Assembly (NCBI GenBank): GCA_964016885.1
Contig: OZ024750.1
Span: 26,040,001 to 26,104,000, forward strand
DNA: 64,000 bases
Direction of reading: 5' to 3'
From: Eledone cirrhosa
Taxonomy: Eukaryota
This document shows positions 14,397 to 27,140 of the stretch, piece by piece (positions within the stretch are counted from its first letter, which is position 1; each line of letters opens with the position of its first letter). Position numbers and translations under genes: made by a program. Under the pieces are notes generated by a model. The model ran no database searches, was not told the DNA's origin, and saw only the letters and a program-made list of their open reading frames with translations.

Positions 14397-15377
14397 ATGG
14401 CTGAACACAACATCAACAAAAAAATTAAGGAAGTACCGAAGACAAATAACAAGGAAGGTAAACAAACTTTATTCAGTTGTAGCTACAGAAGAAACCTAAA
14501 TTATAAATCGCATTTCTCTTGGAGTTGCGAACTTAATAATGATTTATTTAATTGTTATAAAATGTCAAAAACCAATCCCTCCATTGGCTATATGAACAGA
14601 ATGAAGCTACACTGGGACGAAATACACCCAGAGCTAAATTATTTCCCAGCGAAACAATTACGCCAACAAGCGACGTTTGTTGAACGTAAAAATAAGATAA
14701 ATATTATTAATTGTAAGTCCCCCACAACAAACATGTTATCAACAGCACGTGCTACAGGTCGCCATGCTACTAGACTTCCTAGCAGCCAGGTCGAACAGCG
14801 CCTTGAAACAACTATGCCTGTAAGAAACTTGACACCACCTGTACCATCTAAGTCTACCTCGAATGGTGGGGAAAACACCATCGATAATAATAATAATCGA
14901 AGAAATAATAATAATAATCGAAGAAATTTGACACCACGTGTACCATCCGAGTCTACCTCGACTGTTGTGGAAAATACTATCGATAATGATAATAATCAAA
15001 AGTATAAACAATTGAAATATTCCCTCAACGAAATCTTCCAGTGAGAAATTAATTCATGTATAAATATCTCTCTTGCTGAACGTATTAAAACGACAATGTT
15101 TCATAAAAAAACAAATAATGAAATATTACGTGTTGACGAAATAGGGGATGAATATTTACGACGGATAAAAACCCCAACATTTTGGCAAATCAACGCCTGT
15201 TTATATGCCTTAGCAACGACAGTGAAGCATTATCAAACACACAGCATTATCAAACACACAAAAAACCTCATTCCTCACCAACAAAGAGTGAAAAATAAAA
15301 TAGAGACGATGTTTGGTAACAGTAGAACCAGAACTCTCCAATATAAGCTGATCACCATTAAACAAGAATTGAAGTGA
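14397..15377 (+). pseudogene. N-terminal fragment of a second R4/Dong-like element
   Basis: ELNNDLFNCYKMSKTNPSIGYMNRMKLHWDEIHPEL parallels ELNQELYEAYKQSEPQKFGFMQRLKTLWNSKHPEL near 11950-12050. Confidence 0.7.
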
Positions 15378-16485
15378 GGCCAGCATCAAGCGTTTTCGAT
15401 ACCGCGTAAATACTAAACTAATCATGGGTGATGTCTCGGCCGCAGTCAGAGTGGTTGCCTCAGAGGACACTGTACTGCAATGCATCGAGGAGGTCATGGC
15501 TGCCCTGCGACTCAAGCTCCCTGAGCCACCTGTTGACCTACCCCCACTCGATCCCCAGCTGCTCCTTGTGGCTTCCATGTCTCATCAAGTCCTTCCCAGC
15601 TAGCAGCAGCGGAGGTGCTGATGGGCTCCGACCTGGCCACCTCAAGGAGTTGCTCTCCCCTCTCTCCGCTGAGGTCGGCGGCCGCCTTCTGTGTGCATTT
15701 GTGTCACCAATAGGCGCCCTGGATGCTCACGCCTGAGGTTTCTTTTTTTCGGCTTGCCTGACCGCTCTCAGGAAGAAAGAGGGTTGCATACGCCCCATCG
15801 CTGTGGGTAATTTCTTCCGGAGGTTGGCTGCTAAGGTGGTCTCCAGGTCCATAACACCTGAACTGGATGAGGAGTTCAGTCCGGTGCATCAGGGTGTCGC
15901 CGTGTTCGTGGATGTGAGAGGGCGCACATGCAACCAGGCAGTCTTCAACCGGAACCGGCATCCAGGGACTCCAGGCACCTCATTGTCAAGCTTGACAAGA
16001 GGGACCATCTGCTTGATGCCTGTCTCAGCCGAACCCTCTCCGGCTACCCGCTGGCCTACCTGTCATATGGATCCCCGAGCATGCTCCTTGCTGCTGATAC
16101 GTTATCTTCGGCCACTGGGGCCTACAGGGTGACCCTTTGATCCCCCTCCTGTTTGCGCTTGGTATAAACCACATTGCCCGTAGTATCACGGCCCCTCTCA
16201 ATGTTTGGTACCTGGATGATGCTACCCTCGAAGAGCCCGTGGAGACTGTCTGCCACGACCTTCAATCGGTCTCCAGGTCAACTCGCCCTCCGACAAAAGA
16301 AACTTCGGTGTCCTTGGCTCTAGTGCTACCTCTCTATTCACCACCATAGGCGGTATGTGCCTCTCGAGTTGGAATGGCTCTTCCAGCACATCTGCGTTAC
16401 CATCCTCCAGGGAAACGCCTTCTCCATTTTGTCCGTCGGGTCTGTGGAGGGCCAGCACTTGGGACCTCATTTGCTCACCATACGG
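15378..16485 (+). pseudogene. Degraded CRE-clade-like retrotransposon RT fragment
   Basis: SFPASSSGGADGLRPGHLK, IRPIAVGNFFRRLAAK, QGDPL, WYLDD, C-terminal ICVTILQGNA; abrupt GC increase. Confidence 0.75.
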
Positions 16486-16758
16486 ATTAAGACATATAAC
16501 CTCTCTTTTTCTTTTATTTACTCTTTTTCAATTAAGGGGTTAGTCTTACATAATACTGAAGTAAAAAAAAACGAAAGCAAATTATATAGTGAAATAGAAC
16601 ATGTGTAATCTACTGAAGTTTAGCACAAAGAGTGCACACGTCGTCTCGAGACACTGAACGCTAACGATAATTCCGTTAGCATCGTCGTGAAGAACGCCAC
16701 TAAGACAAAATTTTCGGAGTTTTCCTCACTTTCGATTTATAATTTAACCCGGCTTGCA

Positions 16759-16822
16759 ATGTCCTCCCTTTCTATTGCTGGATTTATTATATTATTAACA
16801 TGGCAGGTCACTTTAGCAGCTG
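16759..16822 (+). CDS. Exon 1 (signal peptide) of EGF-repeat type I membrane receptor
   Basis: gcaATG; MSSLSIAGFIILLTWQVTLAA; strong phase-1 donor G|gtaaga matching the phase-1 EGF exons. Confidence 0.75.
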
Positions 16823-17239
16823 GTAAGATAAGTGATTTGTTATTCTATTCACTTATTGAATACTTTGATTTCTTGTCTACGTCAAATATTTTTCTCATTT
16901 TCATTAATACTGTCATGTTGTCACCTGATCCTCCAACCTAACAGTATTGTTATACTTTGGGAGGGTCATGTTGCCAATAAGAAACACACGCACCAGTTGT
17001 TTCACTCCATTTTATTATAAATTAAATTTATAAATTTAAGAATTTATAAATTTCGGTTGGTTGGTTGTACAGTGTGACTGGGGATTCTTCTCTTTGTTTG
17101 TGCCTCTCTATATATATATGTTTGTGCCTCTTCTATATATATATGTCTCTTACTCCACTATATATATATATATATATATATTTGTGTCTGTGTGTGTGTG
17201 TGTGTATGTGTGAGCATGTGTATGTACACATGTGTATAT

Positions 17240-18580
17240 GTCATCATTATCATCATCATTTCACGTCCGCTTTCATCTGTAAGCAAGTTTTGCGTGAGTT
17301 ACATAGAACAAATTAGTACTGAAGCGTGTCTTCTGACCAATCAGTCAGGCCAAGGTCACATCGAGTTGTTTTTGACACAAACTGAAGGGTCCTACTCACC
17401 CTTTGTTTAGTAAGCTTTCTACGGCCGTATCCCTTTCTTACTACCAACTGCTTTGCAGCCTGTACTGATTGATTTTATTGTGTAGATCAGCAGGACTAAG
17501 GAGATGGTGTTTTTAAACAACTAAAGGTTTATCTTAATTCTTTTATGTATGGGATCTACAGCGGGTGAACTTCCACTCACCAACCATTCTGGAGAGGTTG
17601 ACCATAAATCAAACTGCAGAACCCTTCAAATGTGGAGAAGGGACAATAAGGGAGGGAGATAAGTATGAAGTTATAATTATGTGTGGGGGTTTGTTTGGCA
17701 AGACAATGAGTAAGGGGTAGCAGTTACTGATTAGTGTATGGGGTGTATTGGTGTGAGGGATGTGGTCAACATGGTGGGGGTTGTGGCGTGATGGAGAGAT
17801 AAGAAGCGGGTTTAGGGATGAGTAAGAGTTAGGGATAGCGGATTAGTGTACTGGGAGTGGGGCATGTAGTGAAGGATGTGGTCGATAGAGAGATGTGGTC
17901 GTGTTAGAGAGATGGGTAAGGAATTGTGAGAGATAAGGTTTGCTAATAGTGGTGGAGTGAACAATGGGGAGAGAAAGCAGCTACTATTGGCCAATGGTGA
18001 GGATATCTAAGGTGTCGAGTGTTTGAGTGGTTATCGAGTGTATATGTGTAGTGGATGCCGCATTGGGGAGAACAGATTGGGAAAGTAATCATAGGAGGGA
18101 GGGTGTACTTCATGGATGGGTCAGGTCATATTTTATGATTCTGGTCGGGTCTTCATTAACACAGCATAGCGCCAGCCACATCTGCCACATCTCTTGTGAG
18201 TCCATCGATTTCACTTTGTGCACCTTATAGAACTCCTGCCCAGCCTTTTCTGGCATATCGAACACAGCCATCTCCCTGATTGTATCCCCTTCTTGTCCTC
18301 TTTCGTGCTTAACCCTTTTGCCTCTGATGCGATTAGTTTTAGGCTTTTCAACTCTAAGTTCTTGCATGTTTGAAGTTTTGTCCTTTACTATCCTACGGAT
18401 TCAGTTGAGGTACTCAGTACAGTTTTGAAATACTCAGTGAAAAGAACAGTGAAGAACAGTGATAAATAGGAGTGGAATAAGGACTGAGCCCTGGTGGACA
18501 TCGAACTGCACTTCATCACTCTACTGGCATTCAGCTATTTTATACATGGCCCAAACTGCTTTCACAAGTCATTCATCTAC
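17240..18580 (-). mobile_element. Highly degraded RTE-like LINE
   Basis: Minus-strand DVHQGSVLIPL near 18470-18503; (CAT)n tail and 3' UTR resembling 43170-43330. Confidence 0.6.
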
Positions 18581-19185
18581 ATGAAAGGTTCTCAACCCAT
18601 TTCAGCCAAACGCCCCTTTTGCCCCTCGAAATCACGAAACGCCCCCTACCCTATTTTTCCATTTGTCAATATACTACTGATTTTGATATCAGTAGATTAC
18701 TGGGGCAAATCAAGTTATGTTAGAATCTTTAAAATATACTCGTACGAATTAAATACAAAAAGTTTCAGTCCAAAATAAAAGCAAACTATTTTAAATTATA
18801 TATTTTAGAAAAACAGACGTGAATGTTCCCAAAGATTTGATCTCAGTCGAAAAAACCTTTTTTGAAAAATTCTATATTTTACTGTTAGCTGTTGTAATAT
18901 TTTGAATGGATAGACAATTCTACAATTCAAACTGCAAAGTCAAAATACAAAAGATGCAAATTATGAAGAATTTCCTACCTTTCTCTGAAATCACAAACTC
19001 AGGGGGAAAATAGACCTTGCAAAATAAAATACCTCGTATCAAAATAAAATACTTAGTAGCAACTAATGAATTGAGAAGCTTCGTGACAGTGAGAAAGAAA
19101 TATCTGTATTCCTTACATATATATACATAGATAGATACACACCTACCCATATAAACGCACGCACACACACACAGACACACACACA

Positions 19186-19265
<80 letters not shown>

Positions 19266-19834
19266 TACACATACACAAACTTCAGTGTGCGTGTGTGTGC
19301 CTTGGTTTTGGTACAGAAAGAATTTTGACTCCAGTTTTTATTGCCAGGTCAAACGCCACTGCTCTTTTTAACGACGCCAAATAACAAGGCCATATATATA
19401 TTAATTTTTAATTTTTAAAATTTTCTTATTTTACGTCTTTCATATAATTGTTCTGCATCCCCCTGCATTGAACCACCTAGGTACTTTGACATAACTTATA
19501 TATTTACTAGTATTAGTGTACATCTGTACGCATATGTTGGTAGATGTATTAATTCTCTATATTTATCTCCAAATTATTTGTTGAGCAAACTTGCCAAATC
19601 TACTGCTAATTCATTGTAGTAGTAGTAGGCTCTTGTCATAATACCACCCCACTCCTAATTGACTAACCTCAGTGTCACGTGATTGATACTTTAGAATCCA
19701 CCACTGACCAGAGATAGTGAACTTTTTCAGTGCTATGGAATTTTGTCCCCGCTAGCTTATTACATCAACTGAATAATTATTTTTATATGGGTTCCTAGTG
19801 TCCGCGCATTGCCTGGGAACTTAGCTGAGAATAG

Positions 19835-19913
19835 ACTCCCTGACGACGTAATGAATTCTCTATAGTTATATATAACTATATTTATCCCATTACAGAAACT
19901 AATTAGTTGGAGT
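19835..19913 (+). ncRNA. Type I HHR
   Basis: actcc-CTGACGA-cgtaatg...cattac-a-GAAA-ctaattag-TT-ggagt; stems I and II pair, stem III palindromic. Confidence 0.8.
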
Positions 19914-19965
19914 GAAAGTTTTAGTATGTTAATTCTTAATTTTTAAAATTTTCTTATTTTACGTC

Positions 19966-20005
<40 letters not shown>

Positions 20006-20094
20006 GAAGAGAGAAAGATGGAGGGACAGAGAGAGTAAGAAATGTGTATGTGTCTGTGTTTCGTACACGTCTATCTATCTATCTATCTATTTAT

Positions 20095-21640
20095 CTAGAA
20101 TTTACTGAAAGGTGGGTGAATGAAGTGAATATGGCCCGAGTGATTGGGCCTTCTCTGTTTATAAGCCTGTAGGTTAAAGAAGAGAACAAAAGGAAGAAAG
20201 GAGGACTTGCAGAATACGCTCCTGGAGTAGAGGGTTGTTCTATCGACGGGTATTAAACAACCCATTTGTGGCGCCTCCCCCCCTATTGGGGATTTCGATT
20301 GTTGTAATTATTTGTTTTATATTTTTTACACGACTGTATGTAAAATCCCCGGTATGTTTTTGTATTGTCCCCTTTTCTTGTGCGCCCTTGTGGCAAATAT
20401 AGAAATCTATCTATCTATCTATCTGTGGAAGAAGCAGGCTCCGCTGGTGAGGACATCCGCCTGCTGTCAGCACCCTTCCAACGGAGGCTGGGAATGCCGC
20501 GGCTGATGATGCGCAAACATGCTCAGAGGCTGCGGCATCTCCAGGTATTCCTCACCGACCCCCAACCGGTGTGGGCACCATTTGTGAGCAGGCTTTCCCA
20601 CAGCTCGTCTCGCTGACGAAGCTGCAGTCCTGGGTGAAGAAAAGACCGAAAACGATGGGCGCCTGGCACATTAAATGCGCTCAGGCGCTCACAGTCCTCT
20701 GGCAAGCGGGCGCAGCAATCAGTGGCGACACCACTTCGACATTCTATAGAGGGATTGTACGTTACAAGGGCGACGGCGTGCTCGGAGAGACTCTGGGCGT
20801 CGAAGAAGATGAGCTCGCCAGTCTGTTTGGTAGGACTTTCCGCCCGTGACCTATGGACAACGTCCAGAGGTCCCTGGCCTGGCAGTGCTACCGAGGAGGT
20901 CTACTGGTTCCTGACAAGTCCTACAGGTACGGACGCCCCGGCAGGGATCCTTCCAAGAGGACGTGTCCAAGATGCGCACAGGACATTGAAACAGTCCTGC
21001 ACGCAATTGTACACTGCCCGAGCCCAACCGACCTGTGGAACTATGCAGAACAACTGCTGTCGCGTATGGGACAAATCCAGTTGACTGCCGAGTCCATAGT
21101 ATGGATCAAACCGCCAGCCTCTTTCAAAAACGAAAGAGAGACGGTTTTCCTCTGTACGGTGACTATGGTCAAAGAAGTTATATGGTGGACGAGGTTGAGA
21201 GGACTCAGGACAGATGCCTTTCTCTCCGGACAACAATTGATTCCGTTCTTTAAGTATCACTTTAGAAGGAGAATCAGGGTGGAGAGAGAGGCACTGCACC
21301 ACAGTCATTTTACTGAAAGGTGGGTGAATGAAGCGAAAATGGCCCGAGTGATTGGGCCTTCTCTGTTTATAAGCCTGTAGGTTGAAGAAGAGAGCAAAAG
21401 GAAGAAAGGAGAACTTGCACAACACGCTACTGGAGTTGAGGGTTGTTCTATCGACGGGGTATTAAATAACCCATTTGTGGCCCCTCGCCCTTATTGGGGA
21501 TTTCGATTGTTGTAATTGTTTGTTTTTATATTTTTTACACGACTGTATGTAAAATCCCGGGCATGTCTTTGTATTGTCCCCTTTTCTTGTGCGCCCTTGT
21601 GGCTAATAAAAAAAAATCTATCTATCTATCTGTCTATCTC
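20095..21640 (+). mobile_element. Two stacked 5'-truncated Tx1 copies (20095-20424 and 20425-21640) in (ATCT)n
   Basis: ORF2 C-terminal homology with frameshift and stop; 3' UTRs with ATCT tails. Confidence 0.9.
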
Positions 21641-22331
21641 CAACAGGGGGCTCAAACATTCGGCCCACGAACTAATTTTCTGTGGCCGGTGGTAGAACCA
21701 ATATTTCATATTGCATTATAACTGGTGAAAATAAGGCGGTGAGCTGGTGGAATCGTTAGCACATCTGCCGAAATGCTTAACGGTACTTCATCCGTTTTTA
21801 CGTTCTGAGTTCAAATTCCGCCGATCTCAACTTTGCTTTTCATCCTTTTGGGATCAATGAATTAAGTACCAGTTGTGAACTAGGATCGATGTAATCGACT
21901 GAACCCTAAACGCCAAATTTCATGCCTTGTTCCCATAGTAGAAATGATTATAACAGGTGAAAATCTTCACCCACCACCAAGTTTGGCCTACTGTGCCCCC
22001 CCCCCCCCAGGACGTAATGGCCCTTTTGTGTCCTTGAGTTTGAGACCCCTCTTCTACACACACATATACATACTTTACTTTTGTTCTGTCTCTGAACTAC
22101 ACCCGTGCTGGAGCATCACCTTGGTAAGTTATTGGGACATCAAGAAACCAACAAGCATTGGTGGGAGGGCAAACACAAACGCAAAGACACACACAGACAT
22201 ATATACATATATACGACGGGCTTCTTTTAGTTTCGGTTTATCAAATCCACCCACAGGGTTTCGGTCGGGCCGGGCAGTGGGACTGAACCTGGAAATATGT
22301 GGCCGGAAGCAAGCCTCTTGTCACACTTCGC

Positions 22332-22412
<81 letters not shown>

Positions 22413-22469
22413 CATATATATATATGTGTGTGTGTGTAAAATATATATTATACACACACACACACACAC

Positions 22470-22516
<47 letters not shown>

Positions 22517-23213
22517 CCTTACACACATAAATATAAATGCATGTATGCATAGCTATATACATACGTAAATGTATGTATGTATATATGTATGTATGTATGT
22601 CAGATCACCAGTTCGTGCTACTGGTAACATGTATCCCAGTACAACCTGTCTCATGGTCGGGTCATTGGCGACTAAACTGGCAACCCCACCAAGGTTTCTT
22701 GGTGAGGAGAGTGACTTTGGACATCCTGCAGGACTAAAAACAAAACCTGTCAAAGGGCAATGGAGCTCTTAAGAGTCAATGGCCATCCAAAATCACCGGG
22801 AGAGATGACCCCTTAGCCTTTGTCAAGGCAGAATTCTAGGAGAAGGAAAACTCTGATATAACACCGGCAACTCTGATGGTATCCAATGATGTTGATTGTT
22901 CTTCTTTTTGATAAATATCATCTTGGTTAAGAGAGTGGGACTGGCTTTGTGCAGTGCCTTTGCTCACTATAAAAGCTTCACGGCACAGGCATTGCTTTAT
23001 ATCTGGAGAACTCTCTGCACTTGTCGTCACATGGTAGCATGGGCCCAGCACTATGTGACAATAATTGTCAAGTGTAGTGTTTGTACCAGAGTTTTCATGT
23101 CGTTGGCTGGACTAAAAAGTCACACTCGTTCAGCGCATCGGTAGGGGTTCTCCTACGTGGATATAAAGTATATACATGTATGTATGTAGATTTATATATA
23201 TCTATATATGTAG

Positions 23214-23284
<71 letters not shown>

Positions 23285-23408
23285 TAACAGATTAAAGTTT
23301 AAGCAAAGAATCGCTGCTTTCCCCCTTAACGGGATCTTGGTTCTTATATATTTGATATATATCTTCCTTATCGAGCCCTCTTTGGATTTTAGTCTTCAAT
23401 ATTATTAT

Positions 23409-23463
<55 letters not shown>

Positions 23464-23861
23464 TATATATATATAAATCTACATACATACATATATATCA
23501 ATGTATGTAGATTTATATATATATAAACGCTTCCCTAATGTTCCCTTGCTCCGTAGATCCAAAACACCCCAGGGGTGCATATGCCCACCTTTGAGAACCT
23601 TTGATCTACACCTAGCTCCCTAAGTGTCCACCATACAACGGAGAATGGGACCCTGTCAAAGGGTTCTCCTTGTCTACAAAATCTAGATACAATGGCTTAC
23701 ACTTCGCTAAGTACCTCTCAAGCGTTCGTCGCACTATAAAAGGGGAATCAATGGCACTCTTCTTCTTCTTCTTCTTCTTCTTCTTCTTCTTCTTCTTCTC
23801 CTTCTTCTTGCTAAAATGGTAGTGGATGGGGGAAGAGTCTTCAACATTTCCTTCCAGTGGG

Positions 23862-24296
23862 TTATTATATATTTATAAATTTATAAATTTACAAATCTAC
23901 AAACTTATAAATTTCTGGTTGGTTGGTTGGTTCCACAACCAGATAGTTGTTTATATATAGTCATAGTCCTTTCGTCACACACTCTGTGACCTCTTCAGTG
24001 ACTGGGGATTCCTTTCTGTGTTTCTGTGCCTTTCCTTTCTTCTGTCCTACGCCATTTTGTTTCTGTGTGTGTGTTGTGTGCTCAGTTTGCCACAGAAACA
24101 AAATGGCGTAGGACAGAAGAAAGGAAAGGCACAGAAACAAAGAAAGGAATCCCAAGTCACTGAAGAGGTCACAGAGTGTGTGACTAAAGGACTATGACTA
24201 TATATAAACAATTATCTGGTTGTGGAACCAACCAACCAACCAGAAATTTATAAGTTTGCAGATTTGTAAATTTATAAATTTATAAATATATAATAA
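23862..24296. repeat. About 435-bp near-perfect palindrome with an HHR in each arm
   Basis: Arms 23862-24068 and 24091-24296; minus-strand HHR agtca-CTGAAGA-ggtcac..gtgac-GAAA-ggac-TA-tgact at 23959-24003; plus copy at 24155-24199 has TAAA. Confidence 0.9.
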
Positions 24297-24419
24297 ATTA
24301 AAGTGAAAGCAACTGGTGCGTGTGTTTCTTATTGGCAACATGACCCTCCCAAAGTATAACAATATTGGTTTCAACACACGATTTCAGATAAAGAATCTTG
24401 CTAAACAAATTCAGAAACG

Positions 24420-24495
<76 letters not shown>

Positions 24496-24886
24496 ACTAG
24501 AAATTGATTAACATGAATAATCACAGGAGATAATTTTTACAAGTGTGTAACCACACATAGTTAGGTGGGTAACTAAATAAAGTTGACCAGAACTTCAAAA
24601 ATAGATACCTTATAATATGATTAATCTTCCCTGTATATATTCCATTAAAGAAATAGATTTCACCAATTAATCGGATGGTAAACCACGGAAGTGGAGACTT
24701 GGATTTTCAACAAGGAAGAAATCCCAGCGATCCGTGTTTACACTTCAAGTTCAAATCAGCGACTGGCCAGCAACACGTGGTATATCTACTAGACATACAC
24801 ACATCATACTAGCTTCGTCCCAGTGGCGTGGATAGGGTTATCGACAATTAGAAACAGCAGTCGAGTCCTTTGATTTATCTTAATTT

Positions 24887-24925
<39 letters not shown>

Positions 24926-24927
24926 TC

Positions 24928-25006
<79 letters not shown>

Positions 25007-25220
25007 AAAGAATAGAGGTGTAACACACAAGTTATTATATATTGGTAAACGGAATAGAAAATGCTGACAAATTGTGTGCATGTGTTTGTGTGTGTGGAAA
25101 TATGATGTTTAATATAGAAATCGCTACTACAGGAATACTTTTGAATGAAATAGTTCTAATAGTTCTAAATGTATATATATATACGTATGTATATATACGT
25201 ACATATATATATATACATGT

Positions 25221-25738
25221 TACTGTACGTCTGTATACATATATGCATGTACGTATACATACTTATATTTAAGTATCAGCCGTACTAAGAGTGAGAAATG
25301 AAATTTCATTATTTCCATTTATTGTTTTCGGTACGCCCGGCCGACTAACTCACTCGATATGCAAATTAGGTTGCTCAGTCGTTAATATGCATAAGGAAAC
25401 TATATACTTTCAAAGGTTCAATCAACTGACAGGAAGGTATACCGTGCTGATGACAGCTAATAAGCTAGAAACTAGTTCATCGTTCCTTTGTCAGTGTTGA
25501 ACAAAATGGCACAATGGTTGCCGAATACTGTACGGCTAATAATTCTGGCTGTTTGTTTACAAACAAACCGAGCATTATAATAAATATTCGGTAAACCCAT
25601 ACGTACATATATTTATGTGTGTGCATGTATGTATATAGATACTACTGTACGTCTGTATACATATATGTATGTACGTATGCATACTTATATTTAAGTATTA
25701 GCCGTACAAAGAGTGAGAAATGAAATTTCCTTTTTTCC

Positions 25739-25740
<2 letters not shown>
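25221..25740 (+). repeat. About 430-bp HHR-bearing repeat (retrozyme-like), one unit plus partial; HHR at 25442-25482
   Basis: gtg-CTGATGA-cagct-aata-agct-a-GAAA-ctag-TT-catcg; unit restarts at about 25642. Confidence 0.8.
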
Positions 25741-25794
<54 letters not shown>

Positions 25795-25925
25795 GTAATC
25801 TGAGTTTTTCGAATATTAATAATAACATTCGATTCGGATGCAATTATGCAAACCCGCTTGAACTTTATAGCCTTGTCAGTAGAATGAACACTTCATTCTT
25901 GCTCCTGTGTTGGCATGCCGACAGA

Positions 25926-25971
25926 ACTGCAAACACTAATGTTTCTGGGTATCACCCTTCGTCAGTACAGC
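25926..25971 (-). ncRNA. HHR, antisense, before EGF pair 1
   Basis: gctgta-CTGACGA-agggt-gat-accc-a-GAAA-cattagtg-TT-tgcagt. Confidence 0.8.
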
Positions 25972-26123
25972 CCGCTTTTCTCCTGGAACACCGCTATCTC
26001 TTTCTCTCTATCTCGTGTGTGTGGGTGTGTGGTGTGTGCAGGTGTGTGTGTGCTGGTGTGTGCGTTCATGTGTGTGTGTGTGTAAATATGATGTTTAATA
26101 TAGACATTTTATATATATTTCAG

Positions 26124-26258
26124 AATGCGCAATAGGAAGATTTGGATTTAATTGTAGAAAGACATGCCATTGTATCGACAACAAAAACTGTGACAATCGA
26201 AATGGAAGTTGTTCAGATGGATGTACTGCAGGTTATGTTGGTGACAATTGCCAAGAAG
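26124..26258 (+). CDS. EGF-repeat exon 1 (MEGF10/SCARF-type, 8 Cys)
   Basis: tttcag|...|gtatat, 135 nt, phase 1-1: ECAIGRFGFNCRKTCHCIDNKNCDNRNGSCSDGCTAGYVGDNCQE. Confidence 0.9.
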
Positions 26259-26448
26259 GTATATCATAAACTTGTTACATAATTACTATAATTCCTATAT
26301 ACACACACACACAGATATATATGTTTATGTGTGTGTGTGTGTGTGCGTGTTTGTGTGTGTGAGTTGGGGGGTGGGGGTGAATCTGCATGTGTGTGTATGT
26401 GTGTGTGTAAATATGATGTTTAATATAGAAATCTTATATATATTTCAG

Positions 26449-26604
26449 AATGCCTGATAGGACAGTTTGGTATTGATTGTAAAGGGGTATGCCATTGTAT
26501 CTACGTCTTTAACTGCGACTACCGTTCTGGAATATGTACAGATGGATGTACTGCAGGTTATGTTGGTTATCCTTCAAGTTATGTTGGTTACATTTGCCAA
26601 GAAG
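26449..26604 (+). CDS. EGF-repeat exon 2 (21-nt in-frame insertion)
   Basis: 156 nt, AG/GT: ECLIGQFGIDCKGVCHCIYVFNCDYRSGICTDGCTAGYVGYPSSYVGYICQE. Confidence 0.85.
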
Positions 26605-27140
26605 GTATATCATAAACTTGTTACGTATTTACTATAATTACTACACACACACACACACACACACTCACACTCACACAATACACACACATACACACACATA
26701 CACACACACACGCACACACTCACATACTCACACACTTTCACACATATATATATATATATGTGTTTCCGTGTGTATGTGTGTGTTTATGTGTGTGTGCATG
26801 TATTTGTGTGTGTGTGCATGAGTTTGTGTGTGTGTGCATGTGTTTGTGTGCATGTGTTTAATATAGAAATCGCTTCTACAGGACTACTTTTGAATGAAAT
26901 AGTTCTAATAGTTCTAAATGTATATATATATATATATATATTTCAATTTAGTAGTCAGTTACAAATATCAAGCTCTAAGAAAATATTTCTGAGCATTACA
27001 TTATAATTTAAAAAAATATATGATCAACACTACTGTGTTTTTTTTTTTTGAAAAAAAAAAAAAAAAAAAAATTATTGTCATTTTGCAAAAAAAAAAACAC
27101 AGTAGTGTTGATCTTATATTTTTTAAAATTATATATATAT

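Larger units (their letters stand above)
18715..22330 (+). repeat. Older duplicated segment paralogous to 51038-51660 + 54283-54378 + 61295-61965 (and 1513-2280)
   Basis: Shared anchors tactcgtacgaattaaatacaaaa, aaatgaagagagaa, ctccaacagggggct, the SINE and downstream sequence. Confidence 0.85.
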
